A stretch of DNA of 61,625 bases, counting the filler, from Sanchytrium tribonematis (taxonomy: Eukaryota), in the NCBI GenBank assembly GCA_018985235.1. It is 10 parts of 10 records of this genome, joined end to end, with 100 filler letters (N's around TTAATTAATTAA, not from the genome) between each part and the next. Parts side by side here need not be neighbours in the genome. Positions count along the whole stretch, not along the records: positions 40,903 to 45,001 come from JADGIG010000762.1; positions 45,102 to 49,171 come from JADGIG010000763.1; positions 49,272 to 53,328 come from JADGIG010000764.1; 7 more parts are not named here. One strand, 5' to 3'. Position 1 is the stretch's first letter; each line of letters begins with the position of its first letter. The notes beneath the pieces are model-generated. The model saw only the letters and a program-made list of their open reading frames with translations. It was not told the DNA's origin and searched no databases. Made by a program: the position numbers and the translations under genes. Shown in pieces: positions 40,903 to 52,985 of this stretch.

Positions 40903-42058
40903 TACCAGTATTAATTGGAACAATGTAGTTTAGAAATGGATTAATTACTTTTTTATAAGAGCTATCCGGGACAACGATGCTGTTAGTAGAATCGCCATTT
41001 TGCTCCAGAATTAGATAATGTCCAAAATTCTCAGAGGCAGGCACATTAAACTTGAGATAAGTTGAATTGCTTACAACTTGATCTAGAGGATAAGAGCTAT
41101 CTTGAAAATCTCCCGCTTTTCGAATGGTCACACCGTGAGATCCTTTATTATTTTTAAAACAAGTCTGATAAATATCATGGGTTTGATTAAGGTTTGTCCC
41201 AAATACATTAATTGAAAAATAACCATCATTAATATAGCCAATATAAGCGAAATCGATCTCTGTTGTGGAATCACACAACATATTGCTCTGTTTACACGAG
41301 CTTGGCACATTGTCTGATGGATTAAGTGGATTAGAGCTTACATCACAATACCCAATTGTATTTACACTAATCATACCATTAATGGTTGTGATAGCATTAT
41401 TACTAATGTCAAAGGCGTCAAACGAGGAAGATCGTGTAGAAACATCAACGACAGTTAAATAATTGTTGCTAATGTTCAATTGTAAAATGTTAGGCGCATT
41501 TATATAAAAAACTCCAGTCAAGTTGTTTCTGGACAAATCCAAGCTCAAAAGATTACGTATTGGGTGGTTTGCATCCCCCAATCCAATCTGACCACTTAGT
41601 TGATTATTTGATAGATCAACGTTGACAGCAGAAAAAGGCACACCACCCTGTATGTTTCCAACAAAATTACTACTAGAGGCATTTAATATAACAATATTTG
41701 AGGGAAATGACATGACACTTAATTGAGTATTATTAACATACATTTCTGTTATACTCCCCATAATTGGCACACTACCTGTGATACTATTTCCACTAAGATC
41801 TATGACTTGTAACTTTATTATAGATGTTAGATAACCGAGTGTTGTTGTTAGATTTCCCCTCAAAGCTCTGTTTGCCCAACGAATTTTTGTAATTTGTGAT
41901 AAATTGCATTCGACCCCGACATCGTTCGAGGTACTGCAGCAGTCTCCAATCATTAAATTGTTTCCAAGGGTGGGATTATTCAATGATCGGGCTACATTTG
42001 ATGCCAGTAAACAATCCTGCGATGCTGTAAAAAGAAGCTCAAGCAATAGTAAGAACAT
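40903..42058 (-). CDS. Secreted/surface LRR protein, 3'-truncated
   Basis: Signal MFLLLLELLFTA; QDC..DCC cap like the 24056 gene; LDLSxNxLxG repeats. Confidence 0.85.
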
Positions 42059-42138
42059 GTAAATATAGTTTGATGCGACTCTCACGTTTAATCGTACGGC
42101 CTCGAAAGTAGGTCATTATTTGTTTCATAAAAACGTTT

Positions 42139-42810
42139 TTATTGAAAATTCTGATTCAGAATCATTTGAATTGCATTTGCTGTAGGCTCATTTGCAGAAT
42201 ATGTTTTTAGACAACTGATCCTCAAATGAGCTTGGGTAGTTTCGCCTATACATATAATGCCAAGCCAATTTGAATTCGGAATTCTTTTCGCTATTTCAGG
42301 TGAAAATATAATTAGTATGGTTTCATTGGGAGTATATTTAGCAAAGTTTTGCTCATTAATAATGTATTCTACAGAATACATAGGGCATATGCTATGTTCA
42401 TATTTGGATATAAATTTAGGTATTTCATCGTGAAATTGTTTACCTGATAAGAATAGAATGGGCTCTTTGACTTTATTATCATTGATTTGCTCTATTAAAT
42501 GACTTGCGCTATTTCCTACTAATCTTGGTTTAAAGTTGAAGCAATCTTCAAAATATTGTGCGGTTTTAGGACCAACAATATAGACATCTTTGTTCTCTAT
42601 TTTGTTAACATGATGGTGTAATAATGCCTTGATTGCGTTTTTAGATGAAATAAAAATTGAATTGCATTTTAATAAAGATGTGTCAAAATATTGCTCAAAT
42701 TGTAATTTGTAAGTTGGCACAAATTCAGGTTGATATGCCACTAACGCATTGTAATATGCAAAGTCAAAATCCTTCAGCAATATTGTGCGAAATTTCTTAA
42801 TTTGTTGCAT
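42139..42810 (-). CDS. HEM4: Uroporphyrinogen-III synthase
   Basis: ILLK, FISSKNAI, YIVGPKTA, ILFLSG, IFSP, CIGETT, EPT. Confidence 0.8.
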   Translation of the reverse strand: MQQIKKFRTILLKDFDFAYYNALVAYQPEFVPTYKLQFEQYFDTSLLKCNSIFISSKNAIKALLHHHVNKIENKDVYIVGPKTAQYFEDCFNFKPRLVGNSASHLIEQINDNKVKEPILFLSGKQFHDEIPKFISKYEHSICPMYSVEYIINEQNFAKYTPNETILIIFSPEIAKRIPNSNWLGIICIGETTQAHLRISCLKTYSANEPTANAIQMILNQNFQ

Positions 42811-43114
42811 GGAGTATGTTGGATTTTTCCCAAAATTAGTCGATGCACCATCTCCAATTGCAGCTACGTCGATATGTGGATTCAATGCATGTATACAACA
42901 CATGACCGAAACTTCAATTCTATGCATAGGGAAAAATCTGCCAGAAGTACTTAAGATCCCATTGTTGCACCGTGCTGCAATAGTGAATTCCAAAGCATTA
43001 CAACTAAATAATGAAGAAGTATTTTTAATAGATGATCCAAACTCGTATCTAATGAATATTGCACAGCCTCTCAGTCTCACGCCATCGTTCAAGGCAAGAA
43101 ATAAAAAATTATGA
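42809..43114 (+). CDS. Small L7Ae-fold protein, RNase P/MRP Pop3/Rpp38-like
   Basis: ICGFNACIQHM..ILC..LPE.L..PLL..A pattern. Confidence 0.4.
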   Translation: MEYVGFFPKLVDAPSPIAATSICGFNACIQHMTETSILCIGKNLPEVLKIPLLHRAAIVNSKALQLNNEEVFLIDDPNSYLMNIAQPLSLTPSFKARNKKL

Positions 43115-43127
43115 GAAATTCAGTAAT

Positions 43128-45001
43128 TTACTTTAAAGAGGCTTCTTTTCTGACTTTACCTTGAGGATCCTCTGTCGGTACTTCCTTGTATCGATTTGCA
43201 CGAATGTCTGAGATCACTTGCATACTCACCATTAGTGTCAACACCGCTACAGTTCCAATTACAATACCATTTAATGCAGTGTTCCAACTGGCAAGATTTA
43301 GTCTCGGCTGTGTTTTCTGAGTTACTGGTAAAACTAAAAATAGTATGCCACAGCTCAGCAATACGCAACTTCCAACTTGGCACACCATATCAACAATATT
43401 GTGCTGTTTCACAGAGTAGGGCTTATAATGAATGATGAACCCAATGTGCAAAAATATTATTAGCATCATCAACATGGCCTGTACAATCACAACATCATTT
43501 AGTAACGATTGAAATAGAATCATAAAAAACTTGACTATTAAATAAAATGAAATAGTAAATTGACAATTTGATTTAAAATCTGGAGATGGGTGGTAAAACT
43601 TACTTGACCATTTATGCAAAAGCCCACTAGACTTAAATTCAATCAAATATCCTAAAATAAAATACGCAGGAATCCCAATGACATATACAAACAACCCTAC
43701 TATAAACGAAGGCATGTAAAATTTATGCTGTTCAGAGTAACATTCGACAGTGGTATCATGAACCATGACAGATTTCTCATTTACAGTAATACAAGAGAAG
43801 TAACCAAGTACCCAACTACAAAGCAATATATAAACAGCAGATAAAAACACGTGAAAAATATTCAAGGCAGATTTTAATTTCGCCAGGTAATATTCTCGAC
43901 TCATTTCGGGAAGTTCGATTTTTTTAAATAATTTTACGAATCCATACCAAGGATAATTAAGTGGGGCACTAGTAATTGAAAATGCAAACAACAAAGCAAC
44001 CAAAAATATAACAGGCATGCTCATTGCAATTTTACCTTTCAAAAAGTAATTAAGACTTGTATCAATACACTCAGGCGCAACCAACTCAAAATTTAAACTG
44101 AATACACTCAACAGCTCAAAAAATTCAACGACAGTCTCAGACCATTCTAGAAGTAGTGATTTGTAAATATAAAGTATCTGAAAAAATTGCAGCAATATCC
44201 CAAATCCAACCAAATACCTTCCAAATTTGATCTTAATAAATAATAATACAATAGAGGTAAATAGCAATACAATTCCGAGTAAGATATACAATTTGGCATT
44301 ATTGGGACACTTTTCACAATAATTCGATTTTGTGTAAAAGCCGGATAAGCATTTCCCGCACAAAATTCCAGTATAACCAGTGTCACATTGATTGCTTCCT
44401 AAGCATCCTTTTGAAACACACTTGGAATACTCTAAACCGTTTTCAGTTTGAATTTCATAGTAGTTTACTTTTCCTCGAGGCACTTGGGTACCAGAAATAA
44501 AACACTCTGCTCCATTGGGACACTCAGCGCATATTGGTCTAATACCGTTGCTATCTTTGTATCTGAAAACATTCAGATAGCCAGTAGTACATGTGTAATC
44601 AATTGTTGTTTGGAGAAGGTTTCCTCCCATTGTAAAATTTACTGTAATGGGAAAGTCACTGGGAATTAAGAAATTGCTTGTTTCTCCTGTCGTATTCCAA
44701 ATGACACTTTGAATGTTTTTAGTTTTAAAATCAGGATAAGAGTAGGTGGCTATTGCGATATTAGATAACGGATAAACTGACCCCACTGATACCGAGACCT
44801 GTAGTTGTGGAGTGATCGGAAACTCAAATGTGCTATTTTCATGATAGTCCAAAATAGGCCAAATAATATTGTTTGTGTTGCTGATAGGAGCTACTTGAGG
44901 CAAAATAGAAACCACGTCAAAAAGCCTGAATGATGCTTGATTTTTACCAGACACCACAAACAAACTATTTTTAGTGAAAGAAACTAAGGGTGGCATAATT
45001 G
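43128..45001 (-). CDS. Cys-rich ectodomain plus multi-pass (about 7 TM) membrane protein, 5'-truncated
   Basis: CAECPNGAEC..CDTGYTGILCGKC..GFY..CEKCP, then hydrophobic helices. Confidence 0.8.
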
Positions 45002-45240
45002 NNNNNNNNNNNNNNNNNNNNNNNNNNNNNNNNNNNNNNNNNNNNTTAATTAATTAANNNNNNNNNNNNNNNNNNNNNNNNNNNNNNNNNNNNNNNNNNN
45101 NTATTTACCTTGAATCTGCTAAATAATTTCGACCCAAGTGGATTCAAGCCAATCAAATTAAAAATTCATTTATTTAGTCCAATAAAATCAATTTACCAAG
45201 GCAATTTCAACTATTTAAGCGTACATGTACTTGACTATTC

Positions 45241-45492
45241 ATGTTATTCAGTCTAGTGTTTTTGAGTCTTGTCTCTGCTAAAAGATGTGGTATTCAAGCC
45301 ATAGGATTAAAACTTCCTCCAAAATGTCCAAAGTATTTTTGGTGTAATAATTTTGGATATTGTGGAAAAACTGCAGCATTTAAAAAAACTTGTCAACCCA
45401 AATATAGTTACACGGGTAAATGTGTAGATCCTCCTACGACACAACAATGTGGTCATGATTCTGATGGTCGACCAGTATATTGTCCAGGTTAA
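45241..45492 (+). CDS. Secreted hevein/CBM18-like protein
   Basis: Signal MLFSLVFLSLVSA; CG..KC..WCNNFGYCG..CQPKYS..C. Confidence 0.7.
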   Translation: MLFSLVFLSLVSAKRCGIQAIGLKLPPKCPKYFWCNNFGYCGKTAAFKKTCQPKYSYTGKCVDPPTTQQCGHDSDGRPVYCPG

Positions 45493-45500
45493 TAAATCAT

Positions 45501-46133
45501 TTATTTCATTTCTATGAGTACTGCAATTGTAATTATCAATAAAATGATAAAGATTATTTGAAACAAATAAAAATATTGCCATCTTTTACATTTATACATC
45601 ATAATTGGACCTGGTCCACGTTGATGCAACTGATATGTACCCATTAATGATACAATAGCAAATACTGGATCACACTCCTTTTCTATTTTAATTTGTGGAT
45701 TTTGATGACTCCAATCTACAAATGCCAATAAATCACATTTATGCTCATTGATACTCAATAAGGTTGCTTTACATCCTATCCAATTATATTCTAATTCTAT
45801 TTTATACTGTTTCTCTTTTAATAAGATCAATCCCGTCTTACTCGTCAATTTCGATTGATCATTAATTTGAATATAATAAATCACATCCTCAGATGCATTC
45901 AATACATACAAACATCTATCCAATATCGTCTGTCGTCCTTGTATCATCATTTCATTCTCTTTATTTGTATTAATTTGATGTAATTTATAATGATTACTCT
46001 CCCATATAAAATATAATCCCAATTCATGATTTATAATGGAATATAATTGTGGATGGAGTCCTATCATATCTACATGATTGATTTCAAAGCATGTCGCGTT
46101 GATTAATGGATCAAAAATGATTTTACCAGACAT
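45501..46133 (-). CDS. Hypothetical tail-anchored protein
   Basis: 210-aa ORF with C-terminal TM. Confidence 0.55.
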   Translation of the reverse strand: MSGKIIFDPLINATCFEINHVDMIGLHPQLYSIINHELGLYFIWESNHYKLHQINTNKENEMMIQGRQTILDRCLYVLNASEDVIYYIQINDQSKLTSKTGLILLKEKQYKIELEYNWIGCKATLLSINEHKCDLLAFVDWSHQNPQIKIEKECDPVFAIVSLMGTYQLHQRGPGPIMMYKCKRWQYFYLFQIIFIILLIITIAVLIEMK

Positions 46134-46612
46134 TTATAAAATTGAGCCACCAATAGAGGGGTGTAGATGGATTTGAATGAATTATAGCATTGAATGGTGT
46201 ATTGGTTTAATAAATAGTGATTTCATTTATAAAATACAAGATTCTTTAAAATCTATTCCAGTTTGAGGGAGTTTATTTATTTTTTCAAACAATTGATAGA
46301 ATTTCTCAAGAATCTCACCCAAAATCGATTACATTTCATTAGTATACACACTCAATCGTCTAATCCATATCATTCACCAATATTGAATACTCTGATAATA
46401 GTCTCACATACTCTACAAATCTCTCTATTCATCAAATTCACGCGTCCCCTCCCCAAATATCAAATCATCCAAATGGTTCTCATCCACATGCGCTTTTCCG
46501 GGGATATCCCCCACACCACCAAATAACAACGTGATCAAATCATCCCCATATCTTGATTGGCCACCACAACCCATTTCATCTATATAAACCCCTCCCCCAT
46601 CCACCCACATCA

Positions 46613-47983
46613 ATGAAATTCATCTCTACGCTCAATATGAAATGGTCCACCCCATCCCCAATCCAATCCATCCCATCCACATCCCTCTTAAATTGTCAAA
46701 ATGCATGTCAATTATCCATTTCATGTATGGGTATCCATTATCATGACAATTCATGTACATTAGTGGGTTCTGATGCTTCTCTCATCCCATCTATGGGTTA
46801 TACTGCTAGTTATAAGTCTGATTTAGAGAAACGTGGTATTATTTGTGAAATATTGAATAATTGTCCAATCACAACTAGTAAAACGAGTACGAAATCACCC
46901 ACTAGTACATCCAATAGTGTCACGACGACACTACATCCATTGACTACTGTTTCCACTAGTGTTCCATCTGGTGTCCCATCTGGTATCCCATCTACTTCTT
47001 CCGTAGTATCCCCTGTAGTATCCACCATCAAATTATCTACTTCACTCCCACCCATCTCCACTGTCATCAAATCCACCAGTACACCAGTGAATACACTACT
47101 AGTTACACCAGTAGTTACACCAGTAGTTACGACACAGACTATTGTAGAGACTACCACTTTGTCACCAGTCAGTACACCAGTCAGTACACCAGTCAATACA
47201 CCAGTAGTCTCTACTGATGTCCCATTAGCAACTACTGATGCCTCATTGACTACTGATGCACCAGTACAGTCTAATACACAGTCTATTGATCAATCCACTG
47301 ATCCATCTATTGATCCATCCCCTATTGAATCTACACAGTCCACTATTGACACTCCAATCCAATCCACAGAAATCCCTGTAGAATCCACCCTATATATAGA
47401 ATCATCTGATATTGAATCTATTGAATCTACTACTCAATATCAAATGCAATTGGCTATTGAGACCACAGAGAGTGTACAAGAGAGTATAGAATTAGAAATG
47501 ACTACAGAGACACCAGTAGAGACTACAGAGACACCAGTAGCATCTACTATTGAGACACCAGTTGAAACAACTGTAACATCTACTGTAGCATCCACTGCTG
47601 ATCATGTCACTACTTTACACGCTACATCATCCAAATTGACACTTCTAGTGATTGGTACATCCAAGAGTATGACACGATCTAGTAGTAAATGGATGACACG
47701 ACATTCTACAAAGACAGTGGCACCCAGTGCATTTACCAGTGCAACCAGTGCAACAACTAGTGCAACAACGAGTGCAACAATAAATGTAGAATCGAGTGAA
47801 TCGAGTGAAATCAGTGAATTGGCTGTTGAAACAGTTGTATTTGAATCCATGAATATCACACAATATTCAGATTTGTATTCCAGTTATAATGCAAGTATAA
47901 CAGATATCCCATTGCCATTAAGTGGTGGAAATGCATTGAATGGACTATTTGGAATATGGATGGTCTTATTGAGTGTATTATAG
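46613..47983 (+). CDS. PAN/apple domain plus mucin-like stalk, putative GPI-anchored adhesin
   Basis: CQNAC...C......C.L; S/T/P/V/E repeats; C-terminal SGG plus hydrophobic tail; TATATAAA upstream; signal peptide not obvious. Confidence 0.75.
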   Translation: MKFISTLNMKWSTPSPIQSIPSTSLLNCQNACQLSISCMGIHYHDNSCTLVGSDASLIPSMGYTASYKSDLEKRGIICEILNNCPITTSKTSTKSPTSTSNSVTTTLHPLTTVSTSVPSGVPSGIPSTSSVVSPVVSTIKLSTSLPPISTVIKSTSTPVNTLLVTPVVTPVVTTQTIVETTTLSPVSTPVSTPVNTPVVSTDVPLATTDASLTTDAPVQSNTQSIDQSTDPSIDPSPIESTQSTIDTPIQSTEIPVESTLYIESSDIESIESTTQYQMQLAIETTESVQESIELEMTTETPVETTETPVASTIETPVETTVTSTVASTADHVTTLHATSSKLTLLVIGTSKSMTRSSSKWMTRHSTKTVAPSAFTSATSATTSATTSATINVESSESSEISELAVETVVFESMNITQYSDLYSSYNASITDIPLPLSGGNALNGLFGIWMVLLSVL

Positions 47984-48003
47984 TGAATAAAATGATTTAT
48001 TAA

Positions 48004-48447
48004 TCACATGGTCAATTCCATAATGGCATTCACGACATCATTATCATGTTCTTTTAATGCTTTAATGGCTTTATTTCTGGATACATTGGCTTGAGATTGG
48101 ACCAATTCAATATCCTTGTCATCTAAACCAGATGCATCCATAGGGGGTTCTTCAGGTTCATCTTCTTGGATTTTAGGGGGATTTTGCATACTCATTTGTT
48201 GAGTTTGTTGTAATAATTGGGCTAATTGGGCTTGTTGGGATTTACCAATATCATCAAATCGAGGTTCACCAATGACGATATACGAGGAACCATCTGTAGT
48301 GGCATAGACTTGTGGACGATTAATGGAAATCATGATATTTTTAGGACGTTTGATGGTGACACGGGTGATGTGTGTCATTGGTTTTAATCCTAATTTCTCG
48401 AATAATTTGTACGCTTTTTTTTCACCTTTGGAAGTTGCTTTGACCAT
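48004..48447 (-). CDS. EGD2: Nascent polypeptide-associated complex alpha subunit
   Basis: EKKA..KLGLK..RVTIK; UBA DIELVQSQANVSRNKAIKALKEHDNDVVNAIMELT. Confidence 0.95.
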   Translation of the reverse strand: MVKATSKGEKKAYKLFEKLGLKPMTHITRVTIKRPKNIMISINRPQVYATTDGSSYIVIGEPRFDDIGKSQQAQLAQLLQQTQQMSMQNPPKIQEDEPEEPPMDASGLDDKDIELVQSQANVSRNKAIKALKEHDNDVVNAIMELTM

Positions 48448-48501
48448 GGTTACAAGGAGATACCCCTATTTGAAAAGATTGTCAATTATTTTTGAAACGT
48501 G

Positions 48502-49158
48502 CTATTTATTGAGTGCGGGTTTTGAACGGGAGGGGCGTCTATTGAAATATGGACGACATGAACGTGGTGGAGGAAGTTCTACATTATTTTGATCAACAAT
48601 AAAAGGAAAATACTTGTCTTGAGCGTACAATCTCAGTAAGGAGATGGTCAAACCAATTGCTGACAACAATTTTTTGTTATAGGAACATGAATGCAGAAAG
48701 CACCAGAAAAATGCAGCACTTGACACCACAAGCAAAAAAAGGGCTATATAATGTGAAATATGCATAATACTCATAAGAGTCCTCTTTTTTAATTTTTTAC
48801 TTGACTCATTCATCATAATATTCAAAATTTGTTGCATGGGTTTGCTTTCAGACAGTTGCTCAAGGTTCAATGGCATTCCATTCTCATCTAATTCCAGAAT
48901 GACTTCACATGTGTATGCGCTTTTAATGATGTTTTGAATATCTGGATTTTCTGCAAAATATAATAGTCGCTTTTGCTCTCTTAATGGTAACTTTTCTAGT
49001 GCCATTTCTACTTGAAGCGGTATTTTATCTATTTCTTGGGATTGCTTAGCAAATAAAAGTAGACCTGAAAGCATTAAAGAGTTGTACATGTTGCGACATT
49101 GATGTTTATGAGCCAAAGCAAATGTATCACAAAGTGTATCACATTTAACAAACAGCAA
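48502..49158 (-). CDS. Hypothetical membrane protein
   Basis: ORF with two hydrophobic segments; start uncertain. Confidence 0.5.
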   Translation of the reverse strand: MLFVKCDTLCDTFALAHKHQCRNMYNSLMLSGLLLFAKQSQEIDKIPLQVEMALEKLPLREQKRLLYFAENPDIQNIIKSAYTCEVILELDENGMPLNLEQLSESKPMQQILNIMMNESSKKLKKRTLMSIMHISHYIALFLLVVSSAAFFWCFLHSCSYNKKLLSAIGLTISLLRLYAQDKYFPFIVDQNNVELPPPRSCRPYFNRRPSRSKPALNK

Positions 49159-49477
49159 TATGATTTATCAGNNNNNNNNNNNNNNNNNNNNNNNNNNNNN
49201 NNNNNNNNNNNNNNNTTAATTAATTAANNNNNNNNNNNNNNNNNNNNNNNNNNNNNNNNNNNNNNNNNNNNAACTCATCCCCTCTGGGTGATGATGTTAA
49301 CAGGATATCCGGGACCTGATTCAAAACAATGGACATGACAACATTCAAGTGTTTCAGAGGGTCACATGTGAAAATATCAGATCATCATGGATGTGTTTTT
49401 GGACATTAATGATGTCTTTTTGGACATGTCTGTTAAATATCTTAATAAATTGTCTGTCCAAAATTTCCCCTTCAGAC

Positions 49478-50075
49478 ATGCTAATTGATTACTCATCAGA
49501 CGACAGTATATCTACAATAGATGATTTTATTGATACAATAACATTAAAAGACATCCCATTACACCATATAGTACCATGAATTACACTTAAAGAAAGAGAA
49601 CAAGTGCCAAAAACAGATTGGTGGGAAAGTTGCTATCCCAAATTGAAACTAAGAGCATTTAAAAAGATTTATAGGATCAAGAGGGCTACTATTGAGAATT
49701 AGATTTATGATTTGTATATTTACTCTAATTATAAATCCAAATATCAATTAAATAAGGCAGTTTGTGTATGTGTTGATTATCTTACAACACATGCAAGACA
49801 ATATGATTTACAAATACTTTATGGATGTAGTGTTGGTTATATTAACAAATTTATCAATGATGTTTGTGAGACCATTGCAAATGTATTTTTAAATAAAATT
49901 GTAAAGTGGCCAAATATCCAAGAAAGATGCCGAATTGAAAATGAAATAAGAATGAAATATAAAGTACCAATTAAATGAGATTTCAAATACTAAAAGAACG
50001 TGTCAATGCTTCTACTGCTAAGAAATCGGATTTATTTATTCGCTGTTGTGTTGCATTACATAATTATTCCATTGA
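49478..50075 (+). pseudogene. Harbinger transposase remnant
   Basis: DWWE..FKKIYRIKRAT, DYL..YGCS..I..IVKWP, RFQILK..CCVALHNY; in-frame TGA and TAG; DDE core missing. Confidence 0.8.
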
Positions 50076-50772
50076 AAATGGAATAGATTATTTTACCATT
50101 GTATTTCATTACCAATTCCATGATATGCTCTACATTTTTATTTGTTTGATAGCTTGTTTCTTCAACCAATTTCTGTTTTTTAGTTTGCAAATAATTTAAA
50201 TCCTCTGGCATATCAATTGCTCTTTTTTGATTTGCGGTCAACTCTTTTAATACTGTTTGTTTGTTGGGATAGGCTGGTTTTCTGGTTGTTTTGGGAATTG
50301 GGAATGACATATTTGGCTCCATCCCATCATGATCATATTTCTTTTGATCACCTACAAAATCAACAGATCCCATGACCAAACTGCGATTGTCCATTTCATC
50401 AACATACGTCAATCCAGTAATTTCTGTAAAATTGATTGCTTTTCCACCTGATTCGGGTGGTCCAACTAGTCTTTTATACTCAGAAACCCAGGAAAAACAG
50501 CAACGCTGACAGTATTTGCTAAATGCAATACCACCACTTTCGTATTCCACATTTTGGGCTGTTTCTTCAAACCATTTGGCCAATTTGATTGAAGGATCAT
50601 TTTTGGCTTTCAAATAGCCTTTAAAGTATGTTAAAGCATTGAAAAATAAATTAAATTTGGCTATTTGGTTGATTTCTATCTTTGTTTTCTCTCCAGGAAT
50701 CTTTTTTGCACTTTTGTCTTTGTTTGTCCGTTGCAAGGAGGGATTACCGAATTCAAAATGAAAGACATTCAA
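50056..50772 (-). CDS. Putative Harbinger accessory (Myb/SANT-position) ORF
   Basis: Convergent to the transposase inside the TIRs; domain not directly recognised. Confidence 0.45.
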   Translation of the reverse strand: MNVFHFEFGNPSLQRTNKDKSAKKIPGEKTKIEINQIAKFNLFFNALTYFKGYLKAKNDPSIKLAKWFEETAQNVEYESGGIAFSKYCQRCCFSWVSEYKRLVGPPESGGKAINFTEITGLTYVDEMDNRSLVMGSVDFVGDQKKYDHDGMEPNMSFPIPKTTRKPAYPNKQTVLKELTANQKRAIDMPEDLNYLQTKKQKLVEETSYQTNKNVEHIMELVMKYNGKIIYSIFNGIIM

Positions 50773-52762
50773 GTCAGTATGACGAAATTTATTACTAATA
50801 TGATGTCATTTTTGAAATGTCCTGTCCAAATCAATCAGGTCCGGTAGATCACAAAAGGTATTGCCGGTACTGGAATTGCATTATTGTATTGGTGCCATAC
50901 AAACAACCTGAATTGTATAATCACTTCGATAGACGTACATACAATATCTGGACTAGTAGGATAAGAATGGTTGCTGCAATTGATTTTGGCCAACATTTGT
51001 GTGGATGCTAGTGTTTTTTCTTAATATAATTGATACATTTGTTTTTGAAAATAATAACACATTTGGAACCAAATCCCAGAAGGGATAGAGATGCAATGAG
51101 TTCATTTATATTCGATAAGTAGAACGCTGCTCAAGCTATTGTTTCTGAGATAAATTCAACCTATTTGCATGATTTAAAATATCACGTACGGATTTAATGC
51201 AGCTCCCCTATTGAGACTGCACATCTTCAATTCCTAAGTTAAAACCCGGATTGTATTTTTGGGAAAGCATGTTAAAAAGATTTAGGTGTTTACGATGAAC
51301 ATTGACAGCAATTTTCCAACTGATTTATTTCATTCAATCTTCTTTCCTAGTATTGTTATGTTCTATAACTGATCGGTCTGGTGTCGAATGAACCATAAAA
51401 CTTATTGATAAATAAACACGCTTTGCTTTCTAAAAATAATTTTACACAAATTGCATTAGAAATATCACATCAGACAATCGTTTTTGAACATTTACAATTT
51501 TAAGGTCATGTCTATAAAGCAATTTCAACGGAGAAAATCGCTTTGAGCTATTCAATATACCAATAATTTGCCATAAGAATAAGACTGACTTTTAACCATT
51601 CAAAATTTTCACAAAGTCTAATAAATATCCTATCCCGTTGAAATGGCCCGTCGTTCAAGAATGTGATTTGCCTTTGCCAAGTTCACCTTATGAATCAAAG
51701 ACAACAATATCCAAGAATTTGGCTAAAGCATTGGCAAAATAGAAAACATTTAAAGATCAAAGTCATTTTACGTAGCAGTCTGTCCAATGATATTTGACTT
51801 GACATCATCTTTCTTGTGGAGTCCAGGCATACGCGATGCTGATAAGGAAAAAAACACTGAGCCAACCCAAGAAATCCTGTTGCGGATGGCCATGAATCAT
51901 GTTGAACTTGCGCTTGTGGTGGTTTCACTGTCTTCGGAGAGTTTGAGTTTGAGAGCGATTTGTTGTGGTGCGAACTTGCTGTTTGAAGTCAATTTTTGAA
52001 AGTATCTCTTTTCTGGGTCTTCATCTGACGCCTGGTATGGCATCCGATTCATTGAGAAGAGCTATTTTAAGTGCGATTCTTGTACGATTAATTTCACCAT
52101 TATTTATTTCTCTAATGTGATCATGTAATCGAATAATTCCATAGTAAAGTCGATTTGAAATTTATCGACAAATTGAACATGATATAATTGATATTTGTAA
52201 TTGTGCTAATCAATGGATGAAATTTGATAAAATAAAATCTCGTCTATTTCTTTCCTCTTCGGAATCCGTTATTACTATCTAGTTTTGAAAGTCACAGTCA
52301 TATTTATTGAAAAATAGAAAATATATCCCTTTAATTTTAAATTGAATACAGTTCGATTATGGGCCTAATTTTGAATTCTACAATATAGAGAACTTGATTC
52401 ATTTATAGACCAAAATCCAATTATGTTCTGTATTTCTTGTAAAGTTAGAGTTTGAAATTACTGGTCTTAGACTCTCAGTACACCCTTAATGAATAAGGGT
52501 TTCGTATGAAAACACTGCTGTTTAGTAAAATTTATAAAGTCTTTACTAACTCCCTCCCCCACCATATTTTTAAAATGTCAAGAAAAATAAGATAATTACT
52601 TACTTCATGTATTTATTAATTTCACCAATTAAATCAATGGTTCCTTCTTGTGGAACATTTGCATCAGAAGTCACCTCATCTTCATTAAATAGTGCAATTC
52701 CGAACTCTTCTACGCCTTTTGCTCCCAAACTAACACTCCATTTCCAAAATTTGTTGGATTTA

Positions 52763-52985
52763 CAAGTAATAGAATAATGCACACATAATTGTAACCTTTT
52801 ACTTTTCACTGGAACCAGTAATTGAAATTTGGCTTGCTCCAGTGGATTCTAATGTTCGTTTGGTTTCCATATTCATCCAAATTGTAGTTTCATCTGCAAA
52901 TACATTGGAATATAGTGACAATTCGCCTTTAACTTTTAAAATATGCTTTGCTGCTGATTCAATGAAATACTGACCATCTTTTTAA
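52763..52985 (-). pseudogene. Pogo-like (Tc1/mariner DDE_1) transposase fragment
   Basis: Manual translation FADETTIWMNMETKRTLESTGASQISITGSSEK*KVTIMCA. Confidence 0.6.

Larger units (their letters stand above)
49313..50841. mobile_element. Internally deleted PIF/Harbinger DNA transposon
   Basis: TIR GACCTGATT/AATCAGGTC flanked by CGG on both sides; GGACA subterminal repeats; two convergent genes. Confidence 0.75.

Noticed and set aside
42811..43092. 94-aa N-terminal extension of HEM4
   Set aside because: TTG start, no similarity to HEM4, and antisense to the plus-strand ORF
46810..47863. Minus-strand Val/Thr/Cys-rich ORFs
   Set aside because: Shadows of the mucin-like repeats
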